Positions 23,601 through 33,700 of a DNA stretch of 64,000 nt are shown here, piece after piece. Origin of the DNA: an uncultured delta proteobacterium (GTDB lineage Bacteria; Desulfobacterota; Binatia; UBA9968). Numbering within the stretch: the first letter of the stretch is position 1; the number at the start of each line of letters is the position of its first letter. The stretch is from NCBI GenBank assembly GCA_963727625.1, contig CAVSHR010000007.1, positions 64,001 to 128,000 of the forward strand. The letters run 5' to 3'. The position numbers and the translations under genes are program-made. The notes under the pieces are model-generated. The model was given only the letters and a program-made list of their open reading frames with translations. It made no database searches and had not been told where the DNA came from.

Positions 23601-26600
23601 CAGTTTGCTCCCAGTGAGAGTAGGTTTCTCCTGGTGCGGTCTCCAGCCAGCAACGCTCTCGCTGCCAAGGGTAGACCGGCAGTCGAACGCACCGGCCTCC
23701 GGCCGGATAGAGCCGGCGCCAGTCCACCGGGTACCCCAGAGTATAAAGCGCGCCAAGCGATCCCAGCATGACGGTGCGTTCGTCTTCTTCACGCCGCAGA
23801 GAAGGGAGCACGGCGCCTTCTTGGCCGAGGTTATGAAACCCTTGCTGGATAGAGCTGAGTAAAATGGGGTGGGCGCTGATTTCCAAGAAAATGTCATGTC
23901 CATCTTCCAGCAACTGCTGAACCGCCGTTGAAAACAGCACCGGCTCTCTCAGATTCCGCGCCCAATAGGGCGCCTCGAACTCCAGCCCGTTGCTGACCGT
24001 GCCGGTCACCGTCGAGTAGATGGGTACGGACGCAGGTCGAGGCTCGAGTCCTTCCAATGCTTGCAACAACTCAGCGCGCAAGGGATCCATCTGCGGACTG
24101 TGAGAGGCAAAATCCACCTTCACCATTCGACAGAAGGTATCCTGGCGCTGCAATTGATCCACGATTGCTTGGAGCGCTGCCGGATCTCCGGACAACACAG
24201 TCGAGGTGGGACCGTTGCTGACAGCAATGGACACGCGATCTTCGTAACCGACCAGGACATGGCGAGCCGCCTCCATGGAAAGTTCCACAGCAGCCATTAA
24301 ACCTTGCCCGATGGTGCGCTTGACCAAGCGGCTGCGACGACAAATAACCCGTGCCGCATCATCAAGGCTGAGCGCGCCGGCGACATAGGCTGCCGCGACC
24401 TCTCCCATGCTATGGCCCACCACGGCCTGTGGTTCGATACCCCAGGAACGCCACAGGCCTGCCAGAGCGACTTGAATCGCAAAGAGGGCCGGCTGGATGA
24501 TATCGATTTCGTTCAACCGGGACTGTGCTGCATCGGTGGCAGTGAGCTCGGCGAGCAAAGACCAGTCCCCGTGCGGTCGCATCGCCCGGTCACAGCGCTC
24601 CACGACCTCTCGAAAAACAGCTTCCTGCTGCAAAAGTTTTCGCCCCATGCCAAACCATTGGGACCCTTGCCCGGGAAACACAAAAACCAGTTTTCTCTTG
24701 CGACCTGAAATCTTAGGACCGGAAGACAGACCGGGACGAGCCTCGCCCCGCAAAAAAGCGTCCAGGAGCTCGCTCAGTTGCTCCGGAGAATTGCCGGTCG
24801 CGGCGAGACGGTAGTCGTGGTGGCTGCGCCGCACGCTGGCGCTGTAGCAGATGTCGTGCAGCGATGCCGTGGACGCCGGAGCTGCCAGGGAGTTTTGGTA
24901 AGCTCGCGCGAGAGAGTGGAGAGCCTCCGGGCTACGGGCCGACAGTGGTAATAAGTGTGCGGATTCCGAATCGCCGATTTTCCATTCCGTATTTTGCATT
25001 GGTAAATCGGACTGGGGCGCTTCTTCCAGAACCACATGGGCATTGGTTCCGCCAAAACCGAATGAACTCACCCCAGCCAAGGCTGGACCCGAGTGTGTAG
25101 GCCAAGGGCCCAGGGTTGTCTGCACTCGGAGAGAGAGCTCGTCGAAAGGAATATGCGGGTTGGGCTCCTGAAAGTGCAGGCTCGGTGGGATCTCCTGATG
25201 ATTGAGCGCCAGCGCCACCTTGATCAAGCCGGCAACGCCGGCTGCGGCCTCGAGGTGACCTAGGTTGGTTTTGACCGAGCCCAGGGCACAAGGTTGCTCA
25301 GGGGGACGGTCGATGGCGAGTACTGTGCCCAAGGCTTTCGCCTCGATGGGATCGCCTAAGAACGTGCCCGTGCCGTGGGCCTCGACGTATTGAACCTGGC
25401 CGGGCGAAACTCCGGCACTCCGGTAGGCTTCTCGCAGGACAGCCTCTTGGGCCAACGGATTCGGAGCCATGAGTCCGTTGCTCCGTCCGTCCTGGTTCAC
25501 TGCGCTGCCGCGAATCACGGCATAAATCGGATCACCGTCGGCCAGGGCTCTCGATAAAGGCTTGAGAACGACGAGGCCGGCGCCCTCGCTGCGAACGTAG
25601 CCGTTGGCCCGGGCATCGAAGGCCTTGCAGCGCCCATCCGGAGCCATGGCTCCGGCTTTGGTAAAATTGATCGTAATCGCCGGCGAGAGGACCAGGTTCA
25701 CGCCCCCGGCCAGAGCGAGAGTGGACTCGCCGTTCCACAGACTGCAGCAGGCCAAGTGGACGGCAACGATCGACGACGAACAGGCAGTATCGATTGCTAT
25801 ACTCGGCCCGCGGAAATCAAACAGGTAAGAGATACGGTTGGCCGCGATGCTCATGGCATTGCCTGTGCCCGCGTAGGCATCGATACAGCTTAGATCACTG
25901 AACTGAATGCGGCTGTAATCGTTGGTCGAGATGCCGATAAACACACCCGTACGGCTGGCAGTCAGACGGTCCGGTGCCTGTCCGGCATCTTCCAATGCTT
26001 CCCAGGTCACTTCCAGTAAGAGGCGTTGCTGGGGGTCCATGCGCAAAGCCTCCCGAGGAGAGATGCCAAAGAAGTGGGGATCGAACTGATCCACCTGATC
26101 GAGGAAGCCGCCCCAGCGAGTGTTTATTTTGCCCGGTATCGCCGGGTCTGGATCGTAGAAGTCGTGAAGATTAAAGCGCTCCGCTGGAACTTCTGTGATG
26201 GCATCGACTCCCTCGCGCAGCAACTGCCAGAAAGCTTTCGGGCCGTGCGCGCCGGGAAACCGGCAGCCGATGCCGATAATGGCAATCGGTTCAGTTGTTG
26301 CCTCCCGGTTTTGGTCAGCGCGGGCGGTTGGCTCCGAGGCCTCCGGTGACTCTGCTAAATGGCGTGCGAGAGTCTCGATGGTTGGGTACTCGTAGGCCAG
26401 AGCAGGGGAGAGTTTTCGTCCAAGCCATTCTGCGAGTTCACCAGAAAGGCTGACCGCCTCCGTGGACCCCAGACCGTAGCTGGAGAAGGGCTCCCTGACA
26501 TCTATTTCGTGAGACTCGATTCCCAGCCGCTCCGAAAGTTTGGATACCAACCAGGCTTCAATGACTCCTGCGGTCGGAGAATCCATTGGTGAATTTCCCT

Positions 26601-26664
26601 CTTCGTCACGTTTGGTCCGATCGACACAGTTCAGTAACTCGCCGTTTGTAGACTTCCCGGCCAT
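20638..26664 (-). CDS. Type I PKS, ACP-KS-AT-DH-KR-ACP
   Basis: GLGS ACP, DTACSSS/HGTGT KS, GHSMG and DFASH AT, HRIQGVAVLP DH, GGLGELG/YAAAN KR, GLDSL ACP. Confidence 0.95.
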   Translation of the reverse strand: MAGKSTNGELLNCVDRTKRDEEGNSPMDSPTAGVIEAWLVSKLSERLGIESHEIDVREPFSSYGLGSTEAVSLSGELAEWLGRKLSPALAYEYPTIETLARHLAESPEASEPTARADQNREATTEPIAIIGIGCRFPGAHGPKAFWQLLREGVDAITEVPAERFNLHDFYDPDPAIPGKINTRWGGFLDQVDQFDPHFFGISPREALRMDPQQRLLLEVTWEALEDAGQAPDRLTASRTGVFIGISTNDYSRIQFSDLSCIDAYAGTGNAMSIAANRISYLFDFRGPSIAIDTACSSSIVAVHLACCSLWNGESTLALAGGVNLVLSPAITINFTKAGAMAPDGRCKAFDARANGYVRSEGAGLVVLKPLSRALADGDPIYAVIRGSAVNQDGRSNGLMAPNPLAQEAVLREAYRSAGVSPGQVQYVEAHGTGTFLGDPIEAKALGTVLAIDRPPEQPCALGSVKTNLGHLEAAAGVAGLIKVALALNHQEIPPSLHFQEPNPHIPFDELSLRVQTTLGPWPTHSGPALAGVSSFGFGGTNAHVVLEEAPQSDLPMQNTEWKIGDSESAHLLPLSARSPEALHSLARAYQNSLAAPASTASLHDICYSASVRRSHHDYRLAATGNSPEQLSELLDAFLRGEARPGLSSGPKISGRKRKLVFVFPGQGSQWFGMGRKLLQQEAVFREVVERCDRAMRPHGDWSLLAELTATDAAQSRLNEIDIIQPALFAIQVALAGLWRSWGIEPQAVVGHSMGEVAAAYVAGALSLDDAARVICRRSRLVKRTIGQGLMAAVELSMEAARHVLVGYEDRVSIAVSNGPTSTVLSGDPAALQAIVDQLQRQDTFCRMVKVDFASHSPQMDPLRAELLQALEGLEPRPASVPIYSTVTGTVSNGLEFEAPYWARNLREPVLFSTAVQQLLEDGHDIFLEISAHPILLSSIQQGFHNLGQEGAVLPSLRREEDERTVMLGSLGALYTLGYPVDWRRLYPAGGRCVRLPVYPWQRERCWLETAPGETYSHWEQTARSAIGTHPLLGHHFTSAHPAGSHFWEFTLDKRALPYLDDHRIQGVAVLPASAYLEMALAAAVEVFGEQSFALKDVEFARALFLPEDKPHTIQVILSPGTDGGASFHIYSRPGDHASKSWTLHATGNACPLEDNSTFPVSGRETLAEIQSRCSEKVSGQDYYLRLRESGIDYGPFYQSIAQLWRNNGEVLGEVKVPDGSDTEFNAYRIHPAVLDAGLQIMGAAVAAEATQNGKQGIFMPTRIDQLRVCGRPGLHLWSNAHVQERDADTVTGEVRLLDEAERVAVEILGLRFEYLGDDPQRAVETDLDDWLYEFQWQPKERVEGQVAAETSSPASRGSWLIFTDNGGVGEGLAALLEAQGQGTILVSRGESYEHIDGVHFRIRPEKPEDLRRLVEAALESDQPVCRGIVHLWSLDAPRPQETTAASLNAAQTLGCGSVLLLVQELARTESRDLPRLWLTTRGAQAAGEEPAPLAVAQSPLWGLGRVIAQELPTLWGGLVDLDPTASPRDTTAQQLCDEISTPAGEDQLAFRKGRRYVARLVRKRRSASRERQIRWRSDGSYLISGGLGELGLSVARWMVEQGARRLILLGRTKLPPRSSWSSLETGGRLARQVAAIQELEASGASVHLASVDVADEAQLSGFLDEFRREGWPPIRGVVHAAGVIQDGLLVQLDTAQLHTVLQPKMVGGWLLHHLLEDAPLDFFVLFSSAGSLLGQAGQGNYAAANAFLDALAHHRRAQGQPALTINWGAWGNLGFADTPGGKRLAARLAILGITSMAPEQALEVLQRLLGQGAIQVVAVPVDWQQYRESYPAGSEPPLLSQLAIEEAEVRQQTDRPGEKSGLTSAALLAAEPGERHELLQSYLSAQVARVLGLAAAKLDLQQPLSNLGLDSLMAVELRNRIAIDLGVKVPVVKFLQGFSVDEAVTQVLDQLTAEGSSPSPPLAPAVTSQQEHIDKGNAEQLLANLDQLSDENVDSLLTDMLADEKVNE

Positions 26665-26667
26665 CGC

Positions 26668-28470
26668 TTACTCCTCACCGCGCCGATCCAGGGTGCCGTC
26701 GAGAAAGCTGGCCTGGCAAGCACGGCGCTGAACCTTGCCGCTGGGAGTCTTCGGAATGCGCCCAGTCTTGAGTAGCACCACCTTGTACACTCGCACATCA
26801 TGCTCCTCTGCCACCGCTCGCCGAATAGACCGAACCACCGCCTCGACATCCAGCAGCGGACGCAGCTTCGGCTCAGAGCGCGCTTTCTGATCCTGCGGTT
26901 CGCGATCCGCCTGTTGGTAGCGGCGCTCTATCTCGGCTGCGACGATCAAGCGTTCTTCGTCGGCGACATCGACGGAGAACGCTGCGCAACAACCCGGCCG
27001 TATCGCCGGGTGACTCCGTTCCACCGTCAATTCAATGTCGTGGGGGTAAAGGTTACGGCCGCCGATGATGATCAGATCCTTCAGACGACCGGTGACATAC
27101 AGTTCGCCATCTTTTAAAAATCCCAAATCCTCGGTGCGGAGAAATGGTCCCTCGCCGGTATCGGCAAGGTAGGCACGGAAAGCACGCTCGGTTTCCTCAG
27201 GTCGGTTCCAGTAACCCTGAGCGACGCTCGGGCTTGACACCCAGATCTCGCCCACCTCGTCAGGGGCGCATCGGGTTAACGATTGCGGATCAACGATGAC
27301 AATCTTGGTGTCGAACTGAGCGCGTCCGCAGCCCACGAATGTCCGCACATTCGGTTGCTGCTCCAATGCCTCCACGACGCGATTCTTTTCAAGCGCGCCG
27401 GCCGGTGTGGTGCAGACAATCGGTTCATCTCTTAGAAGTCCGCCTGAAACTATCAGAGTGGCTTCGGCGAGTCCGTAACATGGGTAGGCGAAGCTTGGGC
27501 GGAACCCACAGGGGGCAAAAGACTCGGCGAACCGTTTCAAAGTATCCGCGCGGACCGGCTCCGCGCCGTTATAAGCCGCAACCCAACTGCTGAGATCGAG
27601 AGTTCCACGTTGCTCAGGAGTAATCCTGCGAGCGCACAGCTCGTAGGCGAAATTGGGGCCTCCACTGACCGTGGCTTGGTAGCGTGAAATAGCCTGGAGC
27701 CAGCGCACCGGCCACTGAAGAAAGGATTGGGGCGGCATGAGGAAACAGTGACCTCCCGTATACAGAGGTTGGATGATGCCGTTGCTAAGCCCCATATCGT
27801 GAAAGGCCGGTAACCATGTCACCGATACGCTGTCCGGTGTGAGCTCCAAAGCTTGGGTGAGATATGCCGAATTATGGAGAAGGTTGCCGTGACTGACCAT
27901 CACCCCCTTCGGCACCGCGGTGGAACCCGAAGTGTATTGGAGCAAGGCCAGCGTAGCGCTGCTCGCCGCAGGGTCTTGCCATTCGTGAGCCGGGCTGCTG
28001 GTAACCTTGTCGGTGGCCAACCAGCGCATTGCCTGTAGCTCTGGAGCCTGTGCGAACAGACGCTCACTCTTGGCGAGGATCGATGACGTGGTGAGTGCCA
28101 GCGATGGGCCGGCATCGTTCGTGATCGCAAGAAGCCTCGGGAGAGTCCGCTGCGGCTGGGCCAGATTGGGCGGGGGCAGAGGGACGGCAATGCCCCCGGC
28201 ATATAAGCAACCAAAAAAAGCGGCTATGAACTCGAAACCTGTTGGATAGAGCAACAGGGCACGCTGCCCGCTTGCGCCATAGCTTTGGAGCAATGCGCCA
28301 ATAGCCCGGGCTTGGCAGTCCAACGCCTCGTATGTCAGATGGGCCGCTGCTATTTCTCCATCGAGTAAATAAGTATAGGCGCGATGCTCGGGCTGCTGAA
28401 GCGCTCGCCGGCGAAGCATTTCGATGAGCGTAGACGACTTAACGATTGGATTAGCGGGGCCTCCGTTCAT
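26668..28470 (-). CDS. Fatty acyl-AMP ligase (FAAL)
   Basis: LQYTSGST, WLPAFHDMGL, GGPNFAY, YGLAEATL, IPKTPSGKVQR. Directly upstream of an ACP-led PKS. Confidence 0.93.
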   Translation of the reverse strand: MNGGPANPIVKSSTLIEMLRRRALQQPEHRAYTYLLDGEIAAAHLTYEALDCQARAIGALLQSYGASGQRALLLYPTGFEFIAAFFGCLYAGGIAVPLPPPNLAQPQRTLPRLLAITNDAGPSLALTTSSILAKSERLFAQAPELQAMRWLATDKVTSSPAHEWQDPAASSATLALLQYTSGSTAVPKGVMVSHGNLLHNSAYLTQALELTPDSVSVTWLPAFHDMGLSNGIIQPLYTGGHCFLMPPQSFLQWPVRWLQAISRYQATVSGGPNFAYELCARRITPEQRGTLDLSSWVAAYNGAEPVRADTLKRFAESFAPCGFRPSFAYPCYGLAEATLIVSGGLLRDEPIVCTTPAGALEKNRVVEALEQQPNVRTFVGCGRAQFDTKIVIVDPQSLTRCAPDEVGEIWVSSPSVAQGYWNRPEETERAFRAYLADTGEGPFLRTEDLGFLKDGELYVTGRLKDLIIIGGRNLYPHDIELTVERSHPAIRPGCCAAFSVDVADEERLIVAAEIERRYQQADREPQDQKARSEPKLRPLLDVEAVVRSIRRAVAEEHDVRVYKVVLLKTGRIPKTPSGKVQRRACQASFLDGTLDRRGEE

Positions 28471-29007
28471 TCATACCACCCGGTAAACTTAACTTGCTTT
28501 ATTTCTGAAAATGCTTGTATTTATTGGTGCCGCTCTGATGGCTCTGGCGATTTTGACATCGCCAATGCGGTAATGGATATTGCGCCCTGACCTTTTCACT
28601 TGCGTACGCGCGAACGTTGTCAGGAAGAGGACGCTCTCATCCGGCTCGGCCCTCCGTTTGCCCTGCGCCGCTCGGGCTGGAAATAGTTCAGCGAGATTTG
28701 CCGGTGACACAATCGGCGGTTTTAGTTTGTTGAATCGACATCTCGTTCTCATGTGGGGTAAGTTACAACCCATTCTGACAAAAATTCAAGCCGATCTGCT
28801 TTATCTTTGCTGCATGCGCCATCACTGAGGCCAAGAATTTTCGAATTGAACTTCAACAATAATCCCCAGTTTCCTATAAGCAGCGCACCGGCAAGACAAA
28901 ACCGGTTTGGTATTTTTCACTAATAAAATAACATTCGTTCATTAGCGGCTTGAGGGTTATTTCGGTTGGGGTGGGGGTAGCGACCACCTACGATCGGGAA
29001 GGCAACC

Positions 29008-29235
29008 TTGCGGTGGATTCATGTGTTGCCTCAGGTCTTACGGTTCCCGGGGTGCAATCCTCGGCGGCGAGAATCCCTAGCCGAAAAGCTGCTGTCCGCT
29101 CGGAAGATACTAGGGCTGACACTGAAGGCGATGTCTCAACAGATGGGTGTTGACCCAACAACGTTGGCACGGTGGGAAAGAGGAAAGGGCAGGACTTTCA
29201 TTATGGCTCTGACCATTTTGTCGCCCTTGGAGTAG
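29008..29235 (+). pseudogene. XRE-type HTH remnant
   Basis: SLAEKLLSARKILGLTLKAMSQQMGVDPTTLARWERG. No convincing start. Confidence 0.55.
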
Positions 29236-29506
29236 TCTCAAATTAATGCCTCGATCGGACAAATTCCACGAGATTTGACTGTAGCGTCTTACAGTTCAAT
29301 TTTCATGAATGTATTTCACCCTTGCGGATGAAAATGCCTATTCGTTGGGCATTTTCCGAGCAATTCGTGTTCGCCAGTCATTTTCAGAGGAATCCTACGT
29401 CGAATATTGGGCTTTTCCTTTCGACGAATCTGGTTTCCCTTCCGCCGTAAATAGCAGTTCTCTCAGGTTCCGTGTTCGTGATAAATAGCGCAACGGTGAG
29501 GTGGCA

Positions 29507-29600
29507 ATGAAAACAACTGGTTGGTCATCCATCTTGGTTGCAGCGGTACTGCTTACTGGTGCAGTGTTAGCCGAGGCGCAGCGAATTAAACTTATACGCC
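29507..29600 (+). pseudogene. Signal-peptide stub of a periplasmic (ABC substrate-binding-like) protein
   Basis: MKTTGWSSILVAAVLLTGAVLAEAQ, then unrelated sequence. Confidence 0.4.
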
Positions 29601-29693
29601 ATCGCGACGTTCAATTGATCGAGAACCCACTGCGCGACTCGGTGCGATACCAACGCGCGCGGGGAACAACGATTCTTCGAGCAGGAAAATAAT

Positions 29694-30265
29694 ATGGGCG
29701 AGACAGTTGCGGATGCGTTCGTGTTTTTCGGGGCCACCGGCGATCTTGCGGACAAACAAATATTTCCGGCACTTCACGCGTTGGTCAAACGCGATCAACT
29801 CAACGTTCCGATCGTCGGGGTCGCAAAATCCGGTTGGAACCTCGATCAGCTGCGCGAGTACGCGCGAGATAGTCTTCAACACCACGGAAGCGTTGACAAC
29901 GTGGCCTGGGAAAAACTCTTGGGTCGGCTCAAATATGTCGACGGGGACTAAAGCGAAGGATCAACCTACGGAGCGTTACGTGAAGCACTCGGCAACGCAG
30001 CGCGTCCACTCCACTACCTCGCCATCCCGCCTAGCATGTTCGTTACGGTCGTGGGTAACTTAGCGCAGGTAGGATACTCCAAAAACGCACGCGTGGTTGT
30101 CGAGAAGCCGTTTGGCCGCGATTTGGAGACGGCCGGAGCGCTCGACGAGATGCTTCACGAATACTTTTCGGAAGCGGCGATATTCCGGATCGACCACTAT
30201 TTAGGCAAAGAAACGGTGCAGAACCTTCTTTACTTCCGTTTCGCCAACTCGTTTTTGGAGCCGAC
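29694..30265 (+). pseudogene. zwf: Glucose-6-phosphate dehydrogenase, in-frame stop and 3' truncation
   Basis: FFGATGDLA, EKPFG, RIDHYLGKE, all in one frame. TAA at 29949-29951. Homology ends after FANSFLEP. Confidence 0.9.
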
Positions 30266-30322
30266 CGCGACTCGGAAATCGTCGCGCATGTCTTCGACGA
30301 ACGCAATCCAGCCGTAACAACT

Positions 30323-30450
30323 ATGATTGCAAGCGTGGTCAAAGAAATCCTGGGCCATAGGGAAATCGAAATGACGCTGCGGTACTCTCACCTAGCCCCG
30401 GCGCACAAAGCGAGCGCAATGGACAAGCTAGGCGAGGCGTTCGAAGCTGC
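30323..30450 (+). pseudogene. Tyrosine integrase C-terminal remnant
   Basis: VKEILGHREIEMTLRYSHL is box II with the catalytic Tyr. The N-terminal part is absent. Confidence 0.8.
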
Positions 30451-30613
30451 CGGAAGGGACCGTGAAACCGGTGCGACGGAAGCGCAAGAACCGCGTGCTT
30501 TGGCAGCGAACTTGGCACAAATCAGGAACGTTTTCCTGGTAAGAAGCGGTCGCGGGTTATCAGTGGTTGACCCGAAAACCTTGAAGAGACAAGATGTTAG
30601 CTGTGAAAATGAT

Positions 30614-30653
30614 TGGTGGAGGCGGGGGGGGGCGGGAATCGAACCCCCGTCCG
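30614..30653 (-). other. tmRNA (ssrA)-like 3' end fragment, probable att site
   Basis: Reverse complement CGGACGGGGGTTCGATTCCCG...CGCCTCCACCA gives T-arm, acceptor half and CCA. It lies just downstream of the integrase remnant. Confidence 0.65.
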
Positions 30654-30705
30654 AACGGGGTCCGGATGCGGCAGCCCGCGCCGGGAGCGCCACTCAGGAG
30701 GCCGG

Positions 30706-33700
30706 ATGGTAATCGTCATCACACTCTCGCCGCGGGATTACGACGCGGTTCTGTTCGATCTTGACGGGGTGCTGACCAGGACGGCGAGCGTGCACGCGGC
30801 GGCTTGGAAAAAGTTGTTCGATGGGTTTCTCGAGAAACGGGCGGCCGAGGCGGGCGAGCCGTTCGTCCCTTTTGATATCGATGCCGACTACCTGCGCTAC
30901 GTGGACGGCAAACCGCGTTACGACGGCGTGGCTGCTTTCATCGAGTCGCGCGGGATCGAATTGCCGTTGGGCGCAGCCGAAGACGGCCCCGAAGTGCAAA
31001 GCGTGCGCGCGCTGGGAAACCTGAAGGACGAGTTTTTCCAGCAGCAGCTGAAGCTGCACGGCGTTGAGCTCTATGAAGCATCGATCGCGCTGGTGCGTAA
31101 ACTCCGCGCGCAGGAGATCAAGACCGCGGTCGTCTCCTCCAGCAACAACTGCGCCGCCGTGCTCGACGCGGCGGGGATCGCTCGGTTGTTCGACACGCGA
31201 GTGGACGGGACGGACGTCACCCGCCTCGAGCTTAAGGGCAAGCCGGCACCGGACGCTTTCCTGGAGGCTGCACGGCGTCTCGGTGTGGAACCGGCGCGGG
31301 CTGTCGTCGTGGAGGACGCGATTGCCGGCGTCGAGGCGGGGCGCGCCGGCCGATTCGGCTGTGTGATCGGCGTCGATCGCCGCGGGCGCTCGAGCGCGCT
31401 GCGTGACGCCGGCGCCGACATCGTCGTGACCGATATGGGCCAAGTCGAAGTGGCGGAGGAACCCCCTTCCGCGTGGTCGATGGTGTTTGAGGACTTCGAC
31501 CCGGCGCGCGAGGGAATCCGTGAGGCACTGTGCACCCTGGGGAATGGCTATTTCGCGACCCGTGGGGCTGCAGCCGGGGCGGTCGCCGATGACCTGCACT
31601 ATCCGGGGACCTATCTTGGCTGCGGCTACAACCGGCTGCGCACCGATATCGCCGGCCGGGTGGTCGAGAACGAGGACCTCGTCAATTTCCCGAACTGGGT
31701 CGCACTCGGGTTGCGCATCGCCGACCAGGACTGGTTCGATGCGCGAAACGTCAAGCTCCTGTCCTACCGCCAGGAGCTCGACCTGCGGCACGACATGCTG
31801 TTGCGCCACATCAGTTTCGAGGACGTCCATGGGCGGCGCAGCACCCTCCGCGAGCGACGCCTGGTGTCGATGGCCGACATGCATATCAGTGCGCTGGAAG
31901 TGTCGCTGACTGCTGACAACTGGTCCGCTGGCGTCACGGTCCGATCGGCGATCGACGGACGAGTCGTCAACGCCGGCGCCAGGCTGTACCGCAAGTTCAA
32001 CAACAAGCACCTAGAGCCGTTGGCAGGCGAGGTCGTCGGCGAGGACGGGGTGTACTCGCTGGTGCGTACCTGCCAGTCGAATCTTCATGTCGCGCAGGCG
32101 GCGCGAACGCGAGCATTCCTCGACGGAGAGCTTGTCGATGTTCGGCGTCGGGTTATTGAGGAACCGGGATACATCGGGCAGGAACTGAGGGTCGACCTCA
32201 AGCAAGGCGAGACGCTGGTGCTGGAGAAGCTGGCCTCTTTCTATACCTCGCGCGATCATGCCATCTCTGAGTGCGGTCTGGAGGCGCGCAAGGCCATTGC
32301 GCGTGCCGGCCGCTTCGATGCGGTGATGGCGGATCATGTTTTTGCATGGAAGCATCTGTGGCGTCGCTTCGACGTACATATCCTGCCGGCCGATCCCGGG
32401 TTCAAGTTGAATGTCTCGATGCTGCTTCGCTTGAACATGTTTCACCTGATGCAAGCCGTATCGCCCAACTCCATCGGACTCGATATCGGCGTACCCGCGC
32501 GGGGCTGGACCGGTGAGGCGTATCAGGGCCATATATTCTGGGATGAACTGTTCATCTTCCCGTTTTTCAATTATCGAATGCCCGAAATCACCCGATCCCT
32601 TCTGATGTACCGCTACCGACGCCTGGGCGAGGCGCGCGCCGCCGCCGTGGCGGCCGGATTCAAGGGAGCGATGTTCCCCTGGCAGAGCGGCAGCGATGGG
32701 CAGGAGGAGACTCAGGCGTTCAACCTGAACCCGCGCTCGCAGCGCTGGGTGCCCGACAACTCCTACTTGCAGCGCCACGTAGGCAGCGCCGTCGCCTATA
32801 ACGTCTGGCAGTATTTCCAGGCCACTCGCGACCTGGAGTTCTTACACTCTTACGGCGCGGAGCTGATCCTAGATATCGCACGCTTTTGGTCGAGCATCGC
32901 GAGTTTCAATGACCAACGCGGGCGCTACGAGATCCACGGCGTGATGGGTCCAGACGAGTTCCACGATGGCTATGCGGATTCGCCGGCGCCCGGTCTTAAC
33001 AACAATGCCTATACCAACGTCATGGCCGTGTGGGTGCTGTGCCGCGCGCTGGAGGTGCTCGAACAGCTCTCCGAGCTGCGTCGCGCCGAAATCGCGACAC
33101 AGCTCGACCTGCCGGCGGAGGAAATTGCGCGCTGGGAGGACATCAGCCGCAGGATGTTCGTGCCGTTCCATGACGGCATCATCACCCAGTTCGAGGGCTA
33201 CGAAAAATTGCGTGAGCTCGATTGGGAGGACTACCGGACCCGGTATGAAAATATTCAGCGTCTCGATCTCATCCTCGAGGGGGAGAACGACAGCGCCAAC
33301 CGCTACAAACTCTCGAAACAGGCCGACGTGCTGATGTTGTTCTATCTGTTTTCTGCCGAGGAGTTGCGCGAGCTGTTCGAGCGTCTGGATTATCCGTTCG
33401 AGTACGAGACGATCCCGAAAAACGTCGCCTACTATGCCGCACGCTCGTCCCATGGTTCCACGCTATCCCGTGTGGTGTATGCCTGGGTCCTGGCCCGTTC
33501 CGACCGGCCGGGCTCGATGAATTTCTTCGCGGAAGCGCTGCAGAGCGACACGAGCGACATCCAGCGGGGCACCACAGCGGAGGGTGTGCATCTCGGCGCG
33601 ATGGCCGGGTCGGTCGATCTGATGCAGCGTGTATCGACCGGCATCGAAGTCAGAGGCGATGTTCTGCGGCTCAATCCGGAATTGCCCCAGGAAATGAAGC

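Noticed and set aside
30614-30653. Complete tRNA or tmRNA gene
   Set aside because: Only the T-arm and 3' acceptor half are present, and the rest of the space is taken by the HAD-GH65 start.
30613-30705. N-terminal extension of HAD-GH65 in the ORF track
   Set aside because: It translates the att-like sequence. The ATG at 30706 has a good RBS.
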